A stretch of DNA of 64,000 nt from Octopus vulgaris (Eukaryota), in NCBI GenBank assembly GCA_951406725.2, contig OX597822.1, positions 93,248,001-93,312,000 of the forward strand. Direction: 5' to 3'. The notes under the pieces were generated by a model. The model saw only the letters and a program-made list of their open reading frames with translations, was not told the DNA's origin and made no database searches. Shown piece after piece: positions 25,539 to 36,661 of the stretch; the first letter of the stretch is position 1, and each line of letters starts with the position of its first letter. Both the position numbers and the translations under genes were made by a program.

Positions 25539-25715
25539 TTTATTCAAAAGCAGCAGAAAATTTGATAGCAAAAACTGTCCGACGAACGGGAACGTGAAAC
25601 TCAGAGTAACAGGTTTTGTTGAATTTTCTGCTGCTTTTGAATAAAGCATATTACTCTACCACTGGTATTTGAGTACTCTTCTTTCCACCTTGTTTCACAT
25701 TTATGTGTTTACTCT

Positions 25716-25717
<2 letters not shown>
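25538..25717 (+). mobile_element. Penelope-type terminal fragment with inverted repeat and hammerhead motif
   Basis: 25-bp perfect inverted repeat around CTGT-CCGACGA-ACG-GGAA-CGT-GAAAC-TCAGA-GTA-ACAG. (TA)n on both sides. Confidence 0.65.
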
Positions 25718-25765
<48 letters not shown>

Positions 25766-26030
25766 CGTACACACACACATACACACACGTATACACATAC
25801 ATACGTATATGCACATATATATGTATATATTTGAGTGTATATATACACACTCACACACATATATACTTGCATCTGATCATACCTAATTTGTTTAAGTCTA
25901 TTAATTTCGAAGAGCAAAGGTTGTAATGTCGCTTTGGTGAGTGGTTATCACAGCGATACGATTTACAGCAGACACACCGCTAACATTCTGCTAACGATAT
26001 TAAAACTTTTCTGTCTTTCTAACGTGTGTA

Positions 26031-26066
<36 letters not shown>

Positions 26067-26081
26067 CGTGTGTGCGTGTAT

Positions 26082-26171
<90 letters not shown>

Positions 26172-26209
26172 CATAGATACATAGATAGATAACTAGATAG
26201 ATAGATAGG

Positions 26210-26291
<82 letters not shown>

Positions 26292-26651
26292 TGTATATAA
26301 ACTTGTATGGATCTATGTGTATGTGTGTATGTATGTATATATAAAACAATTCAAGCTATATTTCCAATCAAGATGGCCACCGTTTTGTAAAAACAGCAGG
26401 TCAAAATATCAGATCAACAATATATGTATGTTATATGCTGAGTCGGTGTCCAACTGTGTTGCATATGTGCATGGAAGTGCACCGCGTTCAGAATGAAAAG
26501 GAACATGTGTCATTCATCTTATTTCTATTAACCTTACTTACGAACCGTTACCGAAAATGCTGGTTTATTGAAGTTTTACTTTCAGTTTAAACAGCGCTCA
26601 CCAAGCACACACAGCTTAAGTAAGCACAGACATTACTTCAAGTATTCACTC

Positions 26652-26685
<34 letters not shown>

Positions 26686-26919
26686 CGCGTATTTGTCTAT
26701 TTATTCATTAATTCATTATTAGATTTGTTTGTAAAGTCAGATTTATGTATACATATATTTATAAAGTTTCTCCCTTCACGAACGGCAGAGACGGGACAAC
26801 CATGTGTGAGAAAATAGCACGAAGTGAAAGTTTTATTTATAAATTACACACATACACACACACACACACAAACGCTCACACGCGCGCGCGCATATTTATA
26901 TATATGTATATGTATATTA

Positions 26920-27120
26920 AGCGGTGCGCTGGCAGAATCGTTACCGAGCAGGGAAAAGTGCATAGCAGCTTTTCTTTCGACTCTATGTTCTGAGTTCAAA
27001 TGCCGCCTGAATCTATTTTGCCTTTCAGCATTTCGGTCCCGAGAAAATGAATGCCAATTGAATATAGGAGTCACTGCAATCGACTAATCCTCCCACCCGA
27101 AATTGCTGGCCTTGTCACCA
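26920..27120 (+). mobile_element. SINE family B diverged copy
   Basis: GCTGGCAGAATCGTTA...TTCTGAGTTCAAAT...TTGCCTTTCA. Confidence 0.75.
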
Positions 27121-27245
27121 AAACTAATGTCTCGGAGGGGCTCCGCGAACCGGTCAGCCAAGCGGTGTCCCATTTGACCGGTGTACAGAGAAGGACAGAA
27201 AAAGCAGGAGATGCAGTAAATGACCTTGCTAGAAGTGATATATAT

Positions 27246-27581
27246 TTGGGTTGTCCGGAAAGTTCGTGCCGATTTATATAGTAGCTTACCTTTCGACTTA
27301 TTTTAGAACATGGTTGAGTCCATAAAATAGGATTTGATTACACCTCTATTTAGAGCACTGTTTAAGCTATCTTTTTGTGGAAGAAGGCTTATGTTCCTAT
27401 AACCTGTGTTAATTCTGTAACCCTTTAAAATGGAAGATAAGAAAGTTCATTTTCGGCACTTGATGCTTTGGGAACCAAACAAAAATTGCTGCAGCTCGGC
27501 TGGGATGTGTTACCCCATCCTCCATATTCACCAGATATTGCTCCTTCGGATTTCCACTTATTCAGGTCTCTGCAGAATAGT

Positions 27582-27585
<4 letters not shown>
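27246..27585 (+). mobile_element. Internally deleted mariner element
   Basis: TIR-like TTGGGTTGTCCGGAAAGTTCGTGCCGATTT. N-terminus [15 protein letters not shown] is fused to [37 protein letters not shown]. Confidence 0.9.
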
Positions 27586-27663
<78 letters not shown>

Positions 27664-27765
27664 GTGCAAGGTCGGTTGAGCTATAAAGGAAATCGACGAA
27701 ACGTTTGTAAACTGAGCAAAATAAAGAAATTTGGTAACTCCGTTCTTTGATGTTTTTAATATTCA

Positions 27766-27822
<57 letters not shown>

Positions 27823-28415
27823 ATGTGTGTGTGTGTGTGTGCATGTGTGTGTGTGTGTGCATGTGTGTGTGTGTGGGGGGCGTGTGCGTGTGTGTTTAAC
27901 GGCCAGGTGCTCTTTCGAAATCCTTGCAATAGTACTTTTTATTTATTAAACTTCGAAACCCGAGAAGTATAGGTCGTAATTTTCTCTGAGAATATTCTTA
28001 AATGATAGCTTCACGTACACACATACACAAATACATGCATATAGTACAAACATCTATATATATTGTTCCTGTAATTGTTGAAGTGTGTGAGTGAGTAATA
28101 ATACTTCCAGTTGCTTGGAACCAAAACGTATTCCTATACATACATACATACATACATACATACATACATACATACATACATACATACATACATACATACA
28201 TACATACATTCATAAATACACAACATACATACATACATGCATACATGCATACATACATACATACATACATACATACATACACACATACATACATACACAC
28301 ATACATACATGCATACATGCATACATACACAACATACATACATACATGCATACATGCATACATGCATACATGCATACATACATACATACATACATACATA
28401 CATACATACATACAT

Positions 28416-28802
28416 AACTATTGTGATTACAAATTCAGCTTTATACCTGTAATTATTGAGACACTGCCTAAATACCAATCTTGAGAAATTGGGCTTCTCA
28501 AAACCAGAAAGGAGAAAGTTGATTTGAAGCCTACAAATCCAATTCATCACTGGAACTGTAAAAATCTGTAAAACTTTCTAGATGTTTATCATATAAGTAT
28601 ATATGAGCATGTCTATATATGCAACTGTATGCATGAGAATACATATATAAAACAAAACATACAAATCTTCACATATAGTTGATACATACCTATATACAAA
28701 AATACCCTGTTGATGTTGAAATTTCAATGAAGGATCCTTGGATCTTGGTTAGAAACCGGATCTTTCTCTATTGGCAAGAAAACTTGAAATAAAACTGAAT
28801 AA
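28416..28802 (+). mobile_element. RLE LINE 3' end embedded in (CATA)n
   Basis: DYKFSFIPVIIETL..LEKLGFSKPERRKLI*SLQIQFITGTVKICKTF, then a 3' UTR with AATAAA running into (CATA)n. Homologous to 49220-49422. Confidence 0.8.
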
Positions 28803-28840
28803 CATACATACATAAATACATACACACATACTTATATACA

Positions 28841-28871
<31 letters not shown>

Positions 28872-29781
28872 GCACACACACATACTTATATACATACATA
28901 CTTATATACATACATACATACATACATACATACATACATACATACATACATACATACATACATACATACATACATACATACATACATACATACATACATA
29001 CATACATACCTGTACATTCTGATTTCTTCATTGTGCTTCGAAAGTTTTCGGAGATGATTATTTGGAACAAAAAGTAAATCAGTGAATCTCGAAGTACAAA
29101 AGACTTAAAGTTTTGCATAGCGGTCTCCACCGGAAAAGATTTAGTTGACTAAAGTAGGAAATGTTTTTTGCTTATTCAACAGCAACATTTGTATTCGCTG
29201 AAACATGTATTCTTGTTTAGTGAGAGAATGATGGGTAAGACTCATAACGTTCACAGGGTGTCCGAAAAAGGATTGATGAGAAAATAGAGAATAATAATCA
29301 GCTGATGGATTGCTGCAGTTGGTAGAAGCACATCAAGATATGGTGCTCACTCCAGATCAGAGGAGTCGAATGTTCGCAACAGACAGCCAGGCAGAGGTGT
29401 TAAACCAGGCTCGGATTAAGTCTACGAGCCAAACACAGATATAGTTTCAATTTACCAAATGTCAAACAAAGACTGCAGTTCATTAGAAACGTATTATTCA
29501 AAGACATTTGCTTAAAGTGCCGAACAATAAAATCGAATACAGAACACATCAGAAACTTGTGCATTAAATTAAATTCTACTACACTTGCACCCACCGTCTG
29601 TACCAACCGTCAGAGCAAAGCTGAGCCTAAGTAAGTTGTATTAGTCATGATGAAAGAGGACAGACCGAAACGTTAGATTTAGCTTAATCTAAAAACAGCA
29701 AAAAACATCTCTTCATTTTTTTCGATTTTTTTATCTTATTGAATATAAAATAAGTAAAATGTAGGAGCCTTGACACTAATA

Positions 29782-29857
<76 letters not shown>

Positions 29858-30419
29858 ACATACACCGCACATGTTATGGAGTATTTACACACGGACAACA
29901 AAACTAACGATTTAGTGCCTGTCACTGAATCGAGGTGGCTTTTTTATGAAATCAGATTAGTTTCGGGAAGTTTTACGAATTTTACTGGAATAATTCAGTC
30001 TTAAGCTTTAAGCAACGCACTTAATGGTGCTCACCCATACGGAGGCATGAACGTGACTGTGTCGCAGTGTGTATGAACGCAACACACACACACTCACACA
30101 TATGCATGCACACACACAGATACACTCATACACACACACATCGCACGCACACACACTCACACACACATAAAAGACATGCATATATACAAACACATACACA
30201 CAAACATGCATATACGTACCTATTCATTATAATATTTAGATTATATTGAGTATGAAGGGGATATAAATACACACACATGTATGTGTGCGAGTTTCTGTGT
30301 ATGTGCATGTATACATGTGGTCTTACAGATATCAGATGTGTATTAATATGTGGATGTGTTTGTATGTGTGTATCTGTGCATGTGTGTTAATAACGTGTGT
30401 TTTTAATGAGTATGCGAAT

Positions 30420-30543
30420 AGGTGTATGTGTATGAGCGTGAGTGTGTGTGTGTGTGTGGGTGTGTGTGTGTGTGTGTGTGTGAGTGTGTGTGTGTGTGAG
30501 TGTGTGTATGTGTGTGTGTGTGTGTCAGTGTGAGTGTGTGTGT

Positions 30544-30576
<33 letters not shown>

Positions 30577-30682
30577 AGTGTGTGTGTGTGTGTGAGTGTG
30601 TGTGTGTCAGTGTGAGTGTGTGTGTGTGTATGTGTGTGTGTGTGTGAGTGTGTGTGTGTGTGAGTGTGTGTGCATGTTTGTA

Positions 30683-30730
<48 letters not shown>

Positions 30731-30740
30731 TGTGTGTGTT
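30420..30740. repeat. Long (TG)n microsatellite
   Basis: Seen directly. Confidence 0.95.
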
Positions 30741-30905
30741 GTACGTGCGCGCGACGTCATTGATATGTTTCTCTCAATCTCCAGCTCACACACGATCAGA
30801 CAACGATCCCGAGATTAAAACATGACTTTAGCCAAAAGCTGATTTAACGATTAACGATTGACTACTTGTAAGTGGATTAGAATCCTTCTGAGAAGTCCCC
30901 CTTAC

Positions 30906-31212
30906 CTGAGTCTTTCTTGGCTCCAGGTTATTCGGTACAAATAATTTCATTGGTGCCGACTAGTTTCCATTTCGAATATACAGACCGCACATAATACATA
31001 GAACGACACAACCGCCACCACCATCAACATCTCAATGAAGATGACCACCGCCACGTCCTCCGTCGCCTCCACTTCCACTGCCGCCGCCGCCGCCGCCTCC
31101 CCCGCTGCTGCCCCCTCCTCCACTGCCGCCGCCAACACTCACTCCCCCCGCTTCTACCACTATCACCATCACCACCAACCTCCACCACCACCTTGTAACA
31201 TTAATACAAAAG
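30906..31212 (-). other. Candidate spliced exon of a host gene (probably 5' UTR or start-codon exon)
   Basis: Consensus donor CAG|GTAAG at 30906/30905. Pyrimidine-rich tract then CCCAG acceptor at 31213. Unique GC-rich sequence containing (GGC)n. Confidence 0.45.
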
Positions 31213-31530
31213 CTGGGCAAGTGGAGATTCGGTGGAGTGACGGGAACGTAAAAAAACAATTAAAGGAGGAAAACGAAGAAGATAGTGTAGGGTGAGGAAG
31301 AAAGGGGGAAAATAGGACACAGGGGATAATTAGTGTTCCGTTAATTCTTTGCACTCACGGGTAGGTTTTTGCGGGGCGATTTCGTTTGACCATACCTACT
31401 GGAAGTTACAAAAGTGGGTGGCCGCAAAGTCTTATGTTTACGGTTGAAAATAACGATGTTTCTGCTAATTAGCGAGCCATGAATATAAAACCATGAGGTC
31501 GCCCGCTTTTGCGTTTTTCATGGTTATATA

Positions 31531-31758
31531 TATTTCTTTACTACCCACAAGGGGCTAAACACAGAGGGGACAAACAAGGACAGACAGGTTAAGTCGATTA
31601 TATCGACCCCAGTGCGTAACTGGTACTTAATTTATCGACCCCGAAAGGATGAAAGGCAAAGTCGACCTCGGCAGAATTTGAACTCAGAACGCAGCGGCGG
31701 ACGAAATACCGCTAGGCATTTCGCCCGGCGTGCTAACGTTTCTGCCAGCTCGCCGCCT
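31531..31758 (-). mobile_element. SINE family B monomer (tail 1) with 17-bp TSD
   Basis: TSD TTTTTC(A/G)TGGTTATATA at 31514-31530 and 31759-31775. Confidence 0.92.
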
Positions 31759-32130
31759 TTTTTCGTGGTTATATAGTGAAGAGAAATCGCACCCTCTAAA
31801 ATGTACTCGCGAGTTCAAAGGATTAAAGAGAATATCTCGAAATTCATTGGAACACCAGAGAAGACTCTATGTTTATATATTGATAGATTATATACCCGCG
31901 TGAAGCCTGTTGCTATTTTCCTTTTAAAATACACATCTTGTAAACTCGTTTCTCCTGTACTCCTTCGTATGCATTATCCGAGTGGTAGGATGTGGTATTT
32001 ACGGGCCAGCTGGACTGATCTTGTACCTCTTGTCTTCATCCGCAAGTCTACTATAGACCCTGTTAGAAAGCTGCGAGTATTAGTTTTATGTATGTATGTA
32101 TGTATGTATGTATGTATGTATGTATGTATG

Positions 32131-32577
32131 TGTCCAATAAACACCCTCCTCACTGCGGGATGAAAAACAAAACCTGTCAAAGGGCGGAGGAACTCTTGAG
32201 AGTCAACGGCCATCTAATAAATGTCTTAAGGCTGTATTATGCGCGGGAACATAGAAATAATCGGACTGAATACCCGATCGCGCGGTTAAACCATTGGGAG
32301 TGAAGGACTCCTAGCCTTTGTTAGGACATCCTTCTAGGAGAAGGTAACTCAGGTAACTGGGATAACTCCGACATAAAACTTGCGGCTCAGTGGTTACCGA
32401 TGATGTTGACTTGTTCTTCTTTTCGGATTATGGCTGCTGTTGCTTAGTGAGTGGGATTGACTCAGTGCACAGCCTTTCCCCAATTAAAAAAAATCTTCTT
32501 GCACAGGCATTGCACGATAACAACATTGATTAAGCTTTGTACAATGGCCATACTCAATAACGAGGGGGCAGCCACCA
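32131..32577. repeat. Unclassified non-coding element embedded in (TATG)n
   Basis: (TATG)n on both flanks. Its segment 32336-32433 is nearly identical to 33399-33507. Confidence 0.65.
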
Positions 32578-32627
32578 TGTATGTATGTATGTATGTATGT
32601 ATGTATGTATGTATGTATGTATGTATA

Positions 32628-33155
32628 CTCTTTCTCTTAATTTTTAGTTTATTTTTGACCGACCGCCTTACCGGTGGCAAGGTTGTAAAGAAAAGGAAAG
32701 TGTCGTTTCTTGTATAAGTATTCATACTTCTAATCGTAAGAACGTTTTACAAATTTTGAAGGTTCCAGACATCGCGGCCATTTCTGGCTTATGAATTAAG
32801 GAACTTCGTCTTTCTCCAGAAACCTAAATTCAGTTACATTTGATCCAGGTGGTTTGGTTTGTAACCGGTAGCTCCAACAACAACATGTATGAAGCTGAAC
32901 GTGTATCTAGGATCCTGGATCTACAAATTTCCAATCAACGTACCTTCCTTCCCTTGCACTTTTTTACTACATTAACATCAAGTGTGCAGCTGATTTCTAC
33001 GACAGGGTATGTTTTTAATATGTGGTCTCAAGCAACAGTATCAAGCTGGCTGAGTTTTAATATAATGACAATTTCTAATTTCTAGGTTCCATCAGTATTC
33101 CTCTGAGCCTTCAATCTCTATATATTCTTCGCTATTTGATTTGATTTTCGTCTTT
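32628..33155 (-). mobile_element. RLE LINE 3' fragment embedded in (CATA)n (element strand)
   Basis: Minus strand reads EY*WNL, VVEISCTLDVNV and PRYTFSFIHVVVGATGY..LNLGF. Flanked by (CATA)n both sides on the element strand. Confidence 0.7.
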
Positions 33156-33182
33156 GTATGTATGTATGTATGTATGTATGTA

Positions 33183-33213
<31 letters not shown>

Positions 33214-33520
33214 ATGTATGTATGTATGTATGTATGTATGTATATATGTATGTGTGTGTATGTATGTATGTATGTATGTATGTATGTATGTATGTGTGTA
33301 TGTATGTATGTATGTATATATGTATGTGTATGTATGTATGTATGTATGTATGTGTGTGTATGTATGTATGTATGTATGTATGTATGTATGTATGTATGTA
33401 GGAGAAGGTAACTCAGGTAACTGGGATAACTCCGACATAAAACCTGCGGCTTAGTAGTTACCGATGATGTTGACTTGTTCTTCTTTTCGGATTATGGCTG
33501 CTGTTGCATGTATATAACCG

Positions 33521-33812
33521 TGGATGCACATGGCCTAGTGGTTAGAGCAGCGGACTCGCGGTCGAGGGATCGCGGGTTCGAATTTCAGACCGGGCGATGT
33601 ATGTGTTTATGAGCAAAACACCTAAGCTCCACGCGGCTCCAGCGAACTTCTGCAGACTCTTTCGCAACAACTTTCTCTCACTCTTTCCTCCTGCATCTAG
33701 CAGCTCACCTGCGATGGACTAGCGTCCCATCCGAGTGGGGAACCCATACGCCAATGGAACTGAGAAACCGGCCCATTATGAGCCAGGCATGGCTTGAGAA
33801 GGAACAAACAAC
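33521..33812 (+). mobile_element. SINE family C variant with a different 3' part
   Basis: Head TGGCCTAGTGGTTAGAGCAGCGGACTCGCGGTCG..GGTTCGAAT is shared with 2254. The tail ends in AAACAACA. Confidence 0.8.
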
Positions 33813-33821
33813 ATGCATGTA

Positions 33822-34035
33822 ACCGGTGAGCTAGCAGAATCGTTAGCACTCCAGATAAATATGCTTTGTGACATTTCTTCAGGCGTTACATTCTAAGTTC
33901 AAATGCCGCCGGGGTTGACTTTGCTTTTCATCTTCTCGGGGTCGATAAAATAAGTGCCAAATGAGCGCTTGGTTCGATGTAATTGACTTATCCACTTCCC
34001 GAAAATTGCTGGCCTTGTGCTCAAAATAGAAATCA
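33822..34035 (+). mobile_element. SINE family B diverged copy
   Basis: B head and body. Confidence 0.8.
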
Positions 34036-34092
34036 GTATTATGTATCTAAGTATGTGCATGCAGGCATGTACGTAAGTCTATGTGTGCATGC

Positions 34093-34125
<33 letters not shown>

Positions 34126-34583
34126 TGTATGTATGTATGTATGTATGTATGTATGTATGTATGTATGTATGTATCTAGCTATCTATCAATCTATCTATCT
34201 GTCTGTCTATCTATCTATGAATGTAGATATATATGTGTGCATCACAGAGTATGATAATACATCGAATACTCTTGCGTGAAAGAGAGTGGCTCACTTTAAT
34301 GCGTTCTCACATAAGATTGCAGTCTAGTTTGATTAAATGTGGGTTATTTCCTCTTGATTGCGCACATGCAACTCTTGTACTTCCACGTGAAACCTCATGG
34401 ACACTAGATTCTAATTGCATGCTGAAACATAGATGGTCTGGAAGCAAACTACGTCTTCATTGTTGCACTATCCATATTCATTGGGTGAGATACATACTGT
34501 AGCGCTTGTTAATACAGATCGCGACTATATGGAGTAAGAGTTTTAAAGGGAGAATGTCCTTGTGGTCGTGAAACTTTGCAGGA

Positions 34584-34655
<72 letters not shown>

Positions 34656-34784
34656 GATTATATATTTGTTTTGCAAGATTCTTGATCCGAAATCGTGTGT
34701 TGAAACAGATATTGTTGTATTTAGAGATGGTCATGTTGCCAGTTTAGCCAATAAAAAACACGCACTATATATTTGATGTTAATT

Positions 34785-35622
34785 TGGTTCAGCTTTATTT
34801 TATTTTTTACATTAATCGTATTTCGGCCAGAGTTCTTTCGTCACACTTCTGTGACCTCATCAGTGGTCCTTTGCTTTCTTCTTTCTTATTTGTGTGTCTT
34901 TCCTCACTAACAATCAGCCATTTTGCATTTTGTATTCCTATTGTATGTGTCTTTATTTGCGCATGCGTATACCCCTATGCGTGTCTATGTTTAGTAAGTG
35001 CATGTGTGTGTGGGGGGTGCCTGTATTATCTGTCTCCCCTGTTTATACACGTTCGTGTTATTTGTTTTCATTTATTTTGTTCATGTGTTTATACCTACTT
35101 ATTATTTTTTCTATTCTCTTTTACATTTAATTTAATTAATTTTTTTGTTTAATTTTAAATTTTGTTAATGTATCTAGTTATTTAATTCCATTTGTTTATC
35201 TGTGTATTGTATTATGCTTTGCTTATATTGTTATCAGTTTATGGGGATCTTATTCTCTCATATGTTGTAGTGTGTTGGGTGTGTGTGCTAGTGTTCCATT
35301 CCAGTTTCCTATTCAGGCTAGGTTTATCTTCTATTATGTGTGTAGCTTCTGTAATTTGTCTAAGCGTTGCGTCTGTTCTATGTGTGAACAAGATTTTAAC
35401 TTCTATTTTGTTGAGTGAGCCCTCGTGTTCCAGCTCGGCTTGCTGGTACAGAACCGATGAGCTCTTCTCTTCCTTAAGTTCCTTCCAATGTGCATTTACC
35501 CGCTTACCTATGCTCCGTGCCGTTTCTCCTACGTACGTCGTTGTCTTGTTACTGCATCGTCCCTCTGTACATCTTATGCTATAGACTACATTTCTGGTTT
35601 TACAGTTTGTTTGTGGGCTATC
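34785..35622 (-). mobile_element. Penelope-like element 3' part: GIY-YIG endonuclease (35234-35622), 3' UTR and hammerhead
   Basis: Open minus frame reads CKTRNVVYSIRCTEGRCSNKTTTYVGETARSIGKRVNAH...LRQITEATHIIEDKPSLNRK. CTGATGA...GAAA lies at 34863-34821. Confidence 0.9.
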
Positions 35623-36024
35623 AGAGCACCACCACCACTGCTGCTGCTGCTGCTAACTGCTGTTGTTCCGATATGATTATATTTATCTATATCTCTCTAT
35701 ACATATATAATCATACAAACATAGACACACAAGCATACACTTACACAGACACATACACATTTTTTTGAGTGCCATAAATCTTAAATGACTACCAAAAACC
35801 ACACGCCAAGAATCTCAAGAAAATATTTTTTTTCTATTGGTAAAGTAATCAGCAGAAATACCATACTAAGCAATAAACAAACACCAAAAAACTAATCTAA
35901 TATAAAATCTAAAGTTACTGATAAATGTTATTAATATTGTAAATAAATACATAGCTATTAGTAATAATAGCTAACGTAATAAATATATAGAGTTACTAGT
36001 AAATATTTATTTAGTAACTATAAA

Positions 36025-36220
36025 AACACCCGTGCATGTGTCACGTTGAAAGCTCCCGTGTTGCTGCATGTAAAAAGCCGGTGCCACGTAAGAAGTACTT
36101 GTTCGGGTACATGTAAAAAGCTCTCGTGTCAGTGCCACGTAAAAAGTACTCATGCCGGTGCCACGTAATGAGCACCTGCCAGTGTCACCAAAATGCACCT
36201 GTGCCGGCTCCACGTAAAAA
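36025..36220. repeat. Degenerate ~26-bp minisatellite (GCACCCGTGCCGGTGCCACGTAAAAA)
   Basis: About 7-8 imperfect units, each with CACGTAAAAA or CATGTAAAAA. Confidence 0.75.
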
Positions 36221-36661
36221 GAGACAAGAAAAACAATGATGCATATATATGTGTGTGTATATATATATGTGAGTGTGTGTGAGTGTGTATTTACATATAA
36301 GAGACCAAAGTGTACGTACGCCGCCATATGTATATAAAAAGGAAAACAAAAAAGGGACTTTCTTCCAAGGAATCTAATGCTCATAGCTTAGTTTTTCGTT
36401 GGGGCAGGCCAGATTGGAGCAATCTTGAGTATAACCAGCCGAAATTGCAAAGATAACCTGGAACTCGACTGAGGAAAGAAAACTTCGAATGACCCGTCCT
36501 TCTTTTTTCTTATCCCTTTTTGTATCCTCTGTCTGGATGTTTTGCATTCTTGTCCCATTTTTTGTATTCCTTTTTATATACATATGGCGGCGTACGTACA
36601 CTTTGGTCTCCTATATGTATGTACACACACACACACACTCACACACACACATATATATATA

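Noticed and set aside
36467-36500. CTGAGGA-AAGAAAACTTC-GAATGAC hammerhead-like motif (also near 44135-44162 and 48248)
   Set aside because: GAAA is replaced by GAAT and stems I and III do not close convincingly, so it is not called as a ribozyme.
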